Source: Dehalococcoidia bacterium
GTDB taxonomy: Bacteria; Chloroflexota; Dehalococcoidia; Lucifugimonadales; UBA3495
Reading direction: 5' to 3'
Length of the DNA: 64,000 nt
NCBI GenBank assembly: GCA_965201145.1
Contig: CBDAVT010000002.1
Span: 1,417,084 to 1,481,083 of the forward strand
The position numbers and the translations under genes were made by a program. The notes under the pieces were generated by a model. It ran no database searches. It was not told the DNA's origin and saw only the letters and a list, made by a program, of their open reading frames with translations. Below are positions 53,572-62,489 of this stretch, one piece after another (position 1 is the first letter of the stretch; every line of letters starts with the position of its first letter).

Positions 53572-53754
53572 CAGGGCTATCGCATATGGATTTTAAGAGG
53601 CCAATTGACGGTTAAATCTCCGTTTTTAACTGCTAAATTTGGGTAATTTAAGACTTAAACCGTTGGTTTTGATGTTGATTACCCAGTAAAGCGCCGCCAA
53701 AACATCGGAAAGTTCCGTTCTCATCCTGAAAATTTTTCATATGCGATAGCCCTG
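53572..53754 (+). mobile_element. MITE copy 7 (183 bp)
   Basis: Perfect 10-bp TSD CCTCCAGTCC at 53562-53571 and 53755-53764. Confidence 0.92.
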
Positions 53755-53775
53755 CCTCCAGTCCCGAGGTTCGGT

Positions 53776-55257
53776 CTATTGTCCTTGCCGGACAGTTTCT
53801 AACTCCTGCTGGACCAGCTCCAGAACCAGGTCGGGATGAGCCTGCCCGCGGGTCAGTTTCATCACCTGACCTACCAGGTATTTGGATGCGGTCTCCTTGC
53901 CGCCCAGGTAGTCGGCCACCGCCTTGGGATTTTCGGCCAGGGCCTGAGCCACCGCCGTTTCCACCACCGCCGAATCCCTGATTTGGCTGTATCCCTTTTC
54001 GGCTACAATTTTACCGGGTTCCTGCCCGGTAGCAAAGGACTCTTCCAGTACCGTCTTGGCCATAGTGCCGTTGAGCGTGCCCGAATCCACCAGGGCCAAC
54101 AGTTCCGCCAAGTGCGGCGGCCTGACTTTCAGGTCGCCGATAGTCAGATTTTCCAGATTCATCAACCGGCTCAGGTCGCCCAGAATCCAGTTGCTGACGG
54201 ACTTGGCGTAAACTTCCAGGGACGGCCCGGATTCGGGACGAAGAGCTGCCACTGCCTCGAAGTAGTCCGCCATCGCTTTTCCACCGGTTAACAGGCCGGC
54301 GTCGTAAAGCGGCAGCCCGTATTGCGACACGAAGCGCGCCTTCCGCTGGCCGGCCAGTTCGGGAAGCCGCTGCCGGATCTCGTCCACCCACTCCCGGTCA
54401 ATCACCAGCGGCGGCAGGTCCGGCTCCGGGAAATACCGATAGTCGTGGGCGTGTTCCTTGCTGCGCTGGGAAACGGTAACTCCCCGTTCCTCCTCCCAGC
54501 CGCGAGTTTCCTGGGTAATCCGCCCGCCGTCTTCCAGAATGAGCCGCTGCCGGTCAACTTCATAGTTGAGGGCCAGGTAAACCGACCGAAAGCTGTTCAT
54601 GTTCTTGATTTCGGTGCGGGTGCCAAATTCCTGACTGCCGGCGGGTCGCAGACTAATGTTAGCGTCGCAACGGAAATTGCCGTTCTGCATATTGGCCGCC
54701 GAAACGCCCAGGTACTGCATTATGGAATGGAGCGTTACCAGGTAGGCCCGAGCCTCTTCCGGCGAGCGCAGGTCCGGGGCGCTGACAATTTCCATCAGCG
54801 GCGACCCGGCCCGGTTAACGTCCACCAGACTGTAAGGCTCTCCGGGGGCGTCGGGAAAGTGGAGCAGCTTGGCGGCGTCTTCCTCCAGATGAACTCGCAT
54901 TACGCCGATGGCCCGGACCGCTCCGTCCACTTCAATTTCCAGGGAGCCTTCCTCGGCTAGAGGGATGTCGTACTGGGAAATTTGATAGCCCTTCATCAAG
55001 TCGGGGTAGGGATAGTTTTTACGGTCAAACTTGGAGTATTCCGGTATCCGGCAGCCCAGGGCCAGGCCCGTCATCAGGGTGTATTCAACGGCGCTGCGGT
55101 TGATGACCGGCAGGGCGCCGGGCAGGCCCAGGCACACCGGACATACCCGGCTGTTGGGCGGGGCGGACTGGTAATCGGCGGGACAGCCGCAGAACATCTT
55201 GCTCCGGGTCTGCAACTGAACGTGGACTTCCAAGCCGATGACAGTTTCGTAGTTCAT
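53776..55257 (-). CDS. gatB: Asp-tRNA(Asn)/Glu-tRNA(Gln) amidotransferase subunit B
   Basis: [15 protein letters not shown]...SKMFCGC...[17 protein letters not shown] and the C-terminal GatB/YqeY domain. Confidence 0.93.
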   Translation of the reverse strand: MNYETVIGLEVHVQLQTRSKMFCGCPADYQSAPPNSRVCPVCLGLPGALPVINRSAVEYTLMTGLALGCRIPEYSKFDRKNYPYPDLMKGYQISQYDIPLAEEGSLEIEVDGAVRAIGVMRVHLEEDAAKLLHFPDAPGEPYSLVDVNRAGSPLMEIVSAPDLRSPEEARAYLVTLHSIMQYLGVSAANMQNGNFRCDANISLRPAGSQEFGTRTEIKNMNSFRSVYLALNYEVDRQRLILEDGGRITQETRGWEEERGVTVSQRSKEHAHDYRYFPEPDLPPLVIDREWVDEIRQRLPELAGQRKARFVSQYGLPLYDAGLLTGGKAMADYFEAVAALRPESGPSLEVYAKSVSNWILGDLSRLMNLENLTIGDLKVRPPHLAELLALVDSGTLNGTMAKTVLEESFATGQEPGKIVAEKGYSQIRDSAVVETAVAQALAENPKAVADYLGGKETASKYLVGQVMKLTRGQAHPDLVLELVQQELETVRQGQ

Positions 55258-55275
55258 GGAAATATTATTATCTAA

Positions 55276-55701
55276 CTAATGGCCTTGAATCTGGCGAATA
55301 TCCTCAATTATAGCAGGGTTTCGGGCCAGCAGCCTCAGCAGCATATCGGCAGTCTTGCTCTGTAGCACTCGTCCCTTTTCCCATCGGATAACCACCTTCT
55401 GTCCCAATCCAAAGAGACGTTCCATCTCTTCCTGAGTGAGGTTGCATCGCTTGCGGATGTCAACTATAGCCTCGGGTGGCAGCAGGTTCAGCTTTTCCCG
55501 AGCCTTGTGTTTGACCAGATCGGAAACAGTTTTATCCTGTTCCGGGGTGAAGGTGGCTTCGCCGCATAATTCACACTCATACATTTCCACCGCGTCCAAA
55601 CGAATAGACATTTGGTTGTAAATTGCATCGAAAGGGCGCATTACCAGAGAAGCGCCCTCTCTACCGCATACAGCACATTCATATATTGACATATTAATCA
55701 T
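55276..55701 (-). CDS. MqsA-family antitoxin (N-terminal zinc ribbon plus XRE-type HTH)
   Basis: CAVCG...CELCGE zinc ribbon, followed by IRKRCNLTQEEMERLFGLGQKVVIRWEKG. Confidence 0.75.
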   Translation of the reverse strand: MINMSIYECAVCGREGASLVMRPFDAIYNQMSIRLDAVEMYECELCGEATFTPEQDKTVSDLVKHKAREKLNLLPPEAIVDIRKRCNLTQEEMERLFGLGQKVVIRWEKGRVLQSKTADMLLRLLARNPAIIEDIRQIQGH

Positions 55702-55738
55702 CTTTTGAAGTTATTTCTTAATTTGGAATACTTACAAA

Positions 55739-56044
55739 CTATATTTCTACGCTGGTATCAGGCTTAAAGGATATTATCGTTGCTGAGTTAGCAGAAATTA
55801 GCTGTAACTTTAGATATATCCTTATGTTCAGATACCTTATCTTATATACGTCCTGCCACCGACCGGGAAACTTGTCCGCAGGCATACATTTGTAGAAATG
55901 AGACCCTTGCAAGGTGAGAATACAGTCAAGAACGTCCGCATAGTCAAATCCCATTGCAAGGGCATCTTGCCTGGCAGTAACGGTTATATGGTATTTCCCT
56001 TGCTCAACCAGAGCTTGGATTTCCGCCAGAGGGTATTAAGGCAT
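55739..56044 (-). pseudogene. MqsR-family toxin with TAA at codon 3
   Basis: GGAGGTGG lies 2 nt before ATG 56044. The frame reads M-P-TAA(56036-56038)-YPLAEIQALVEQGKYHITVTARQDALAMGFDYADVLDCILTLQ...WQDVYKIRY...IISFK, and the total of 101 codons fits MqsR. Confidence 0.65.
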
Positions 56045-56207
56045 TACCACCTCCTAGTTTAGTTTCGCAACGACATTGTTGACTCATAATAACCACCTCT
56101 TATCAGATTACTTACAACGTTTCACACATAGCTTGACTCACTGTAAATAGTAGCATGGTGCTACCATTAGCGCAAGTATCTCAGGAGTAGCAAGTCTTCC
56201 CGCCCCC

Positions 56208-57383
56208 CTAATCCACAAAAATGGCGTAACTGCTCAAGGGCGTCCTTTCCGCTCCCTGCTTTTCCCAAATCTGAACCGTATATACGCCTGGTCCCGCAGC
56301 CTCCAGAACGTCGGTAAGCCCTGCCGTTACCCGGAAATCGGGGCCGGAGGACTGCCACCGGTCAGCCGTAACCCAGGTCACTACTGTGGATTGGGCTACA
56401 TCAACCTTCAAGGCCGGCGTGGAGTTTCTCTCCAGGGCCGGCTCAAGGGTATATGGGTCGATTCCTCCGGTCCACTGATAGCTGATTTCTGCGTTCGCGT
56501 AATACTGTCCCGGCGGTGGCGGCGGCCGGACAAAGGCTACCGGCCGCTGCCCAAAGCCGTGCCGGTGGGTGGCATCCAACTGCCCCAGCCCCAGGGGACG
56601 CGGGTAGGCGTGGTACCAGAGGGCAATGCCGTCCAATTCAATCCCCGTCTCAAACCGGCCGGCCAGTGCAAGCCGGCCGCCGGATATGGCCGGCAAATCG
56701 CTGAAAGTCAGGTGGTCGGTCTCAAACTGCTGCACCAGCCAGCAGCCGGCCTCGCCACAAGCTATCCCCAGGCTGACCTTCCGGTGCCAAGGGTCGAGGA
56801 TATTGGCTGCTTCCGCCGGCTGGGACATAAAAGCGGCGTGGGCTTCGGTCAGCGTCCGGTGGACCGCTTCCGGGCCGGCGCCGGCCGCCTCGGGCGCTGC
56901 CAGAGGGCCGGCAACGTTCTCCAGAACTCGCCCCGTTCCACCGGCCAGGGTATAACGCATTTGGGGAGTCATACCATCGGTGTCCCAGTGGGAACGGTAA
57001 CCGTAGGTCCGCATATTTTCGGTGTGCTTCTGGGCCGCCGGGTGGCTCCCCAGGGTCAGGGGTGAGACTTGGGCGCGCACCCGTTCCGAGTTTATGAGGT
57101 AGAGAGCCTGCCGCCGCAGCTCGGGCAAATCACTGACGGAAAGGGACGACCGGGACGAAACTGTTTCCGTGATTGACCCGTTTGCCGGGCTGCCCGACAG
57201 GGGTTGGTTGGTGAGCTCGGCAGCCCGAAAATCGGTGAGCGCCGGTTCGCCTGGCCCGTCGATTTCCCGCCAAACGATTAACGCAATAATTGCGGCCAGG
57301 GCAACAAAGGAAAACAGCACCAGGGATATTACCAGAAAACGATACATAGCCGGAGTCGCTCGGGCGCCGGATTTGCTCGCCAT
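56208..57383 (-). CDS. Membrane-anchored CAP/SCP-domain protein
   Basis: TM segment FLVISLVLFSFVALAAIIALIVW and a CAP-like segment LINSERVRAQVSPLTL...AAQKHTENM...YRSHWDTDG. The longer tracked ORF would overlap the acs terminator hairpin, so an internal ATG was chosen (57383, or alternatively 57347). Confidence 0.55.
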   Translation of the reverse strand: MASKSGARATPAMYRFLVISLVLFSFVALAAIIALIVWREIDGPGEPALTDFRAAELTNQPLSGSPANGSITETVSSRSSLSVSDLPELRRQALYLINSERVRAQVSPLTLGSHPAAQKHTENMRTYGYRSHWDTDGMTPQMRYTLAGGTGRVLENVAGPLAAPEAAGAGPEAVHRTLTEAHAAFMSQPAEAANILDPWHRKVSLGIACGEAGCWLVQQFETDHLTFSDLPAISGGRLALAGRFETGIELDGIALWYHAYPRPLGLGQLDATHRHGFGQRPVAFVRPPPPPGQYYANAEISYQWTGGIDPYTLEPALERNSTPALKVDVAQSTVVTWVTADRWQSSGPDFRVTAGLTDVLEAAGPGVYTVQIWEKQGAERTPLSSYAIFVD

Positions 57384-57417
57384 AGTTACCTGGCAAGCAG
57401 AGCGGTGGGCAAAACTG

Positions 57418-57450
57418 CGGGACGCCAATCAGAACGGTTCATTGGCGTCC
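57418..57450 (-). terminator. Hairpin terminator downstream of acs
   Basis: GGGACGCCAAT-11 nt loop-ATTGGCGTCCC. On the minus strand the hairpin is followed by GCAGTTTTG. Confidence 0.5.
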
Positions 57451-57510
57451 CGTAAAAAGCGGTCAAATTTGGTATGCCGGCGGGTGGCGTCAAGGCGCGG
57501 TCACCCGGTT

Positions 57511-59463
57511 CTACTCTTCATCGCCGTACTGCTCCTTTAGCGATTCCACCACTGCCGGGTCCGCCAGGGTAGTGGTGTCACCCAGGGCGCGGCCTTCCGC
57601 CACGTCCCGGAGCAGGCGCCGCATTATCTTGCCGCTGCGGGTCTTGGGCAGCTCGGCGGCAAAGTAGATGTCGTCCGGGCGGGCCATGGGCCCAATCTTG
57701 GTAGCCACGTGCGCCTTCAGTTCGGTAATTAGGTCATCGGAAGTCTCAACCTGGTCCTTGATGGTTACGAAGGCGACAATGGCCTGACCCTTGATTTCGT
57801 GCGCCCGGCCGATGCAGGCCGCTTCGGCTACTTTGGAGTTGTCCACCAGGGCGCTTTCCACTTCCATCGTGCTGATCCGGTGCGCGGAAACGTTGATTAC
57901 GTCATCCACCCGCCCCAGCAGCCAGTAATAGCCTTCCTCGTCCAGCTTGGCGCCATCGGAAGTGAAGTAGGTGTCCGGGTAGCGGGACCAATACTGCTGC
58001 ACGAATCGTTCGGGGTCGCCGTATATGCCCCGCAGCATGGAAGGCCAGGGACGCTTGATGGTCAGGTAGCCGCCACCGCCCGGCCCTACCGGATTGCCCG
58101 CTTCGTCGAGAATCTCCGCCTCGATACCCGGGAAGGGATGAGTGGCCGAGCCGGGCTTCAGCGTGGTGATTCCCGGCAGTGGAGCGATTAAAATGGAGCC
58201 GGTCTCGGTCTGCCACCAGGTATCTACTACCGGGCAGCGGCCGCCGCCGATATGCTGCCAATACCAGACCCAGGCTTCGGGGTTAATCGGCTCGCCCACC
58301 GAACCGAGGAGGCGCAGGGTGGACATATCGTGCCGGTTGGGGTACTCCTCACCCCAGCGCATAAAGGTGCGAATGGCGGTGGGAGCGGTGTAACAAATGG
58401 TGCAGCCGTACTTTTCCACGATGGCCCAGAACCGGTCCCGGTCCGGATAGTCCGGCGAACCCTCGTACATCACGGAGGTGGCGCCATTAGCCAGCGGCCC
58501 ATAGACGATGTAACTGTGTCCGGTTACCCAGCCGATGTCGGCGGTGCACCAGTAAACGTCATCCTCTTTCAGGTCAAATATCCACTTGGTAGTGGCATAG
58601 GTGCCGGTCAGATAGCCGCCGGTGGTGTGGACTATGCCCTTGGGCTTGCCGGTAGTGCCGCTGGTGTAGAGCATATACAGCATATCCTCGCTGTCCATCG
58701 GCTCCGGCTCGCAGGTCAAGGGCTGGTCGGCCACCAGGTCGTGCCACCAGACGTCGCGCCCGGCCACCATCCGGTCGTCGGCTTGGCCGGTGCGGCGGAC
58801 TACCACCACCCGCTCCACCGGGGTATCGCCTTCCAGAGACTCATCGGCGTTTTGTTTCAGTTGAACGATGCCGCCCCGCCGGTAGCCGCCATCGGCGGTA
58901 ATCATCACTTTGGACTGGGAGTCGTCCAGACGGTCGCGGATGGAATCGGCGCTGAACCCGCCAAAAATCACGCTGTGGGCAGCGCCGATGCGGGCGCAGG
59001 CCAGCATGGCGATGGGCAGTTCGGGAACCATCGGCAAATAGATGGTAACCCGGTCGCCCTTCTGGACGCCCAGGCTCTTCAGGCCATTAGCGAACCGACA
59101 AACTTCTCGGTGCAAGTCCCAGTAGGTATAGACCTGCCAGTCGCCGGGCTCCCCTTCCCAGATGATGGCCGCCTTGTTGCGGCGCCCGTTCTGCAGGTGG
59201 CGGTCAACGCAGTTGTAGGAGGCGTTAAGCTTCCCCCCCAGAAACCACTTGGCATAGGGCGGGTTCCATTCCAGGACCTGCTCCCAGGGCTGGAACCAGT
59301 CCAGTTCGCCGGCGAACCGGGCCCAGAAAGCCTCCGGGTCCTGGCTTGCTTCGGCGTAAACGTTGGGGTCTTGGATATTGGCGTTCCGGGCAAAATTTTC
59401 GGGAGGAGGAAAGGTTCGGTCTTCCTGGAGCAGGGCTTCAATGCCGCCGGTGTTTTCTACCAT
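57511..59463 (-). CDS. acs: Acetyl-CoA synthetase (AMP-forming)
   Basis: 650 aa, with [18 protein letters not shown], and the C-terminal [12 protein letters not shown]. Confidence 0.93.
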   Translation of the reverse strand: MVENTGGIEALLQEDRTFPPPENFARNANIQDPNVYAEASQDPEAFWARFAGELDWFQPWEQVLEWNPPYAKWFLGGKLNASYNCVDRHLQNGRRNKAAIIWEGEPGDWQVYTYWDLHREVCRFANGLKSLGVQKGDRVTIYLPMVPELPIAMLACARIGAAHSVIFGGFSADSIRDRLDDSQSKVMITADGGYRRGGIVQLKQNADESLEGDTPVERVVVVRRTGQADDRMVAGRDVWWHDLVADQPLTCEPEPMDSEDMLYMLYTSGTTGKPKGIVHTTGGYLTGTYATTKWIFDLKEDDVYWCTADIGWVTGHSYIVYGPLANGATSVMYEGSPDYPDRDRFWAIVEKYGCTICYTAPTAIRTFMRWGEEYPNRHDMSTLRLLGSVGEPINPEAWVWYWQHIGGGRCPVVDTWWQTETGSILIAPLPGITTLKPGSATHPFPGIEAEILDEAGNPVGPGGGGYLTIKRPWPSMLRGIYGDPERFVQQYWSRYPDTYFTSDGAKLDEEGYYWLLGRVDDVINVSAHRISTMEVESALVDNSKVAEAACIGRAHEIKGQAIVAFVTIKDQVETSDDLITELKAHVATKIGPMARPDDIYFAAELPKTRSGKIMRRLLRDVAEGRALGDTTTLADPAVVESLKEQYGDEE

Positions 59464-59912
59464 ACTTTTACCCCTTCAATACACTGAGAATGGGCGCAGA
59501 ATATGTGTTGATGGAGGAATTGCCAGGATTCCATCAGGTCAAGGCTACGCCATTTTAGGCATAAGGGCCGGGAGTTTGCAAATGCTCCTAAAACGGGGGG
59601 AGGATTCACGCTCGCTGTACCTCTGCAGAAGTCTGGACAATTAAGATACACGCGCTGATTTTCGTCAGTCAGAACTTCAACTTGCCTCCAGTAAGAGAAG
59701 TCATCAGGGAATTTGGGTGGAGGCTCAAACTTATAGCCGGGGCGGCCAAAAATGGTCTGAACATCAGGCCGTTCCTTCAGGCCTTCAGGCAGTTTTCCGG
59801 AAATAAAGACATAAGGGGCTGATTCGGGACCTCCCGGGGCGCATCGCCACTCCCAACCTTTCCCCGGCAGCGCCAGGCGGGGCTGTCTTGAAACTTTTCT
59901 CAATTGTGGCAC
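59457..59912 (-). CDS. Hypothetical Cys-rich protein, translationally coupled to acs
   Basis: 151-aa ORF in a lower-GC stretch. Its TAG overlaps the acs ATG (ATGGTAG). No recognisable domain. Confidence 0.35.
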   Translation of the reverse strand: MPQLRKVSRQPRLALPGKGWEWRCAPGGPESAPYVFISGKLPEGLKERPDVQTIFGRPGYKFEPPPKFPDDFSYWRQVEVLTDENQRVYLNCPDFCRGTASVNPPPVLGAFANSRPLCLKWRSLDLMESWQFLHQHIFCAHSQCIEGVKVW

Positions 59913-60084
59913 AGCCGGCTTACCTGACTATTACTATTATTTCGGAGAGCGGCGGCCAAACTTGACGCTCTGACGCCGCCCTACCATAATCTAGCCAATT
60001 AATCCTTCTTCGCGCGGCGCGCCGCCGGCGTTGGATTGCGTCTCCCCCAGTTCGGTACAAGCTCAGTTGATTGCAGGAGGAATT

Positions 60085-61764
60085 ATGGCCCGAGTTACCG
60101 GAAGCCACCTAATCGCCAAAGCCCTGAAGTTGGAGGGCGTCTATAACATCTTTACTCTGGCCGGCGACCACGTGCTGCCGGTGCTGGATGTAATGGCCGA
60201 TGCTGATTTTCGCTTTATTGATACCCGCCACGAGCAGGCGGCGGTGCACATGGCCGACGCCTGGGGGCGCATTACCGGCCAACTGGGGGTTTGTATGTAC
60301 ACAACTCCCGGATTCGCCAACGCCATTCCGGGTCTGACCAACGCCATGCACAGCGAAAGCCCCCTGCTGTCCATCGCCGGTTCCGCCGACATCTCCGAAC
60401 TGGGACGGGGAGCCATGCAGGAAATTGACCAGGTGGGTATGGCGGCGGCTACCAGCAAAGAGTCACTGATGGTCTATGACGCCCGCCGCATTCCCGATAC
60501 CATCGCGCGGGCGGTGCGGCTGGCGTACAGCGGGCGCCGGGGCCCGGTGCACCTGACCATTCCGGTGGACGTGCAGGAGCAGGAGCTGGACGAGAACGAG
60601 GTGGTTTTCTTCAACCCGGACGAGTACCGAGCCAGCGAGTCCATTCTGGCGCCCCAGGCCCAAATAGAGCAGGTCATCGCCCTGCTGCGCCAGGCCCAGC
60701 GCCCCTTCGTAATCGCCGGTGAGGCGGCCGGTTATACCCAGGACGGTCGGGCGCTGCAAGAATTTGCGGAGACCACCCGGGTTCCCGTACTGACCGAAGG
60801 CCAGGCGCGGGGATTGCTGCCCGATGACCACCCCTACGGGTTCGGGTTCTTTGAGCGGGGATTGAACCGGGCCGCCAGCAAGCTGCGGGAAGCCGACCTG
60901 GTAATTCTGCTGGGACGCAAGCAGGATTACACCATCGGTTTTTGCCGCCCGCCCAACGTGGCGGCTGACGCCCGGATTGTTCAGATTGACCCGGCGGCGG
61001 CGGAAATTGGCCGCAACCGGGGCGTGGCAGTCGGCATCGTTGGCGACGTAACCAGCGTGGTGCGGCAGTTGACCGAGGCTGCCTCAAACCATACCTGGCA
61101 AGACTTGCCCTGGTTGGAAGAGCTGCGAGCCTCCCGCGCCGCCCAGGCGGAATGGGCCGAAGGGCTGGCCGTCCCGGATACCCCCATGCACGCCATGTTT
61201 GTCCACAAGACCCTGGAATCGCTGCTGCGGCCCGATGACTTCTTGTCCTTCGACGGCGGCGACTTCTGCCACTTCGGACGGGCCCTCCTGCCGGCGCAGC
61301 TGCCCAAGAAGTGGTCTTACGTCTCCAGCCTGGGGATGCTGGGATCGTCGCTGCCCTCGGCCCTGGCCGCCCAGGTAGCCTATCCGGATTCCCGGGTAAT
61401 CAATCTGACCGGCGACGGCGCTTTCGGTTTTAACGGTATGGAGTTTGACACGGCGGTACGACACGGTCTGAACGTGGTAACCGTCCTGGGCAACGACTCG
61501 GCCTGGGGCATCGACCGCCAAATCCAGTTGGGTCTGTACGGCCGCCCCGTCGCCACCGACCTGCTGCAGACCCGCTATGACCTGGTAGTTCAGGGGCTGG
61601 GCGGCCACGGCGAGTTCGTGGAACGGCCCGAGGACTTGAAACCGGCGCTGGAGCGGGCCTTCGCCGCCAACCGGCCGGCCCTGGTTAACGTGGCGGTAGA
61701 ACGCGCCATCAGCCCCCGGGCCGAGGCCGCCATCGCCCGCCGGCAAGCAGTGACGGGGCAGTAG
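60085..61764 (+). CDS. Thiamine-pyrophosphate-dependent enzyme (acetolactate synthase / oxalyl-CoA decarboxylase-like)
   Basis: GGAGG lies upstream of ATG 60085. N-terminal pyrimidine-binding domain (TRHEQAAVHMADAWGR) and the TPP motif LTGDGAFGFNGMEFDTAVRH...VLGNDSAWG. Confidence 0.8.
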   Translation: MARVTGSHLIAKALKLEGVYNIFTLAGDHVLPVLDVMADADFRFIDTRHEQAAVHMADAWGRITGQLGVCMYTTPGFANAIPGLTNAMHSESPLLSIAGSADISELGRGAMQEIDQVGMAAATSKESLMVYDARRIPDTIARAVRLAYSGRRGPVHLTIPVDVQEQELDENEVVFFNPDEYRASESILAPQAQIEQVIALLRQAQRPFVIAGEAAGYTQDGRALQEFAETTRVPVLTEGQARGLLPDDHPYGFGFFERGLNRAASKLREADLVILLGRKQDYTIGFCRPPNVAADARIVQIDPAAAEIGRNRGVAVGIVGDVTSVVRQLTEAASNHTWQDLPWLEELRASRAAQAEWAEGLAVPDTPMHAMFVHKTLESLLRPDDFLSFDGGDFCHFGRALLPAQLPKKWSYVSSLGMLGSSLPSALAAQVAYPDSRVINLTGDGAFGFNGMEFDTAVRHGLNVVTVLGNDSAWGIDRQIQLGLYGRPVATDLLQTRYDLVVQGLGGHGEFVERPEDLKPALERAFAANRPALVNVAVERAISPRAEAAIARRQAVTGQ

Positions 61765-62013
61765 GGGAATCATCTTTAGGTTAAATTCTCCGGAAACTTG
61801 TTGACAACAATCACACGGGTATCTTTACTGGAATTGGGTAACATGCTTCACCGCAAAGAAATGGTCCATCAGGCAGAATCTGCGCTCACCAAGACTGTAT
61901 TCCCAAACCCTTGGGCAATATCGGCCTCTGTGCCGTCAGCATTACCACTAGGCGCAGCGTGGAAAAATAACCAGGTGTTCGAGATGCGCTAATTTCAAGC
62001 CGGCGCGTTTCCC

Positions 62014-62421
62014 TTGTGTGGCAGTTGCTTTATTGGACAGAGTGGGAATGAAGAAACCAGGAATACCCATTCCGCTGTCCGGCAAACCAACAGTAGTTAC
62101 ACTATCGAAAGTTCACCGGCATGGACCGCAGCAGATGCTTATGCAAGCCATTTTTACGTCTATATACTCCTGTCCGGTTGGGATTTCTATATCGGCCAAA
62201 CCCGGGAGTTGCTTGAGATGTTGTCGGAACATCAGGATGGATGGGTGATGTCAACCAAGAATCAGAAACCCAGGCTGGTCTGGTTTACCGAATTACCTAC
62301 CCGAGAGGCGGCGACCAAACTCGAAGTTGAACTGAAACAAATGAAGGATCGGGACGAGAGTGCCATTCGCCGAATGATAATCAGGTTTCAGGGATTGGTA
62401 CGGGATCTGACCAGAGACTAA
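62014..62421 (+). CDS. GIY-YIG nuclease-superfamily protein
   Basis: FYVYILLS...FYIGQTRELLEMLSEH matches the GIY...YIG motifs. The start is uncertain (about 45 aa of N-terminal extension). Confidence 0.55.
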   Translation: MCGSCFIGQSGNEETRNTHSAVRQTNSSYTIESSPAWTAADAYASHFYVYILLSGWDFYIGQTRELLEMLSEHQDGWVMSTKNQKPRLVWFTELPTREAATKLEVELKQMKDRDESAIRRMIIRFQGLVRDLTRD

Positions 62422-62489
62422 ACCATCCGACCTGCGGCTGTAATGACCACGCTGAAATCCCGCAGAAAACTCAACAAGGAGGCCCTGTT

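Noticed and set aside
22373-56038. Alternative genetic code or stop-codon reassignment as the explanation for the in-frame TAA, TAG and TGA codons
   Set aside because: All three stop codons are involved, and all three terminate well-conserved genes at their expected ends in the same window (for example gltB TAA, gltD TAG, and the TGA ending the ORF at 1223-1954), so a recoded genome is not supported.
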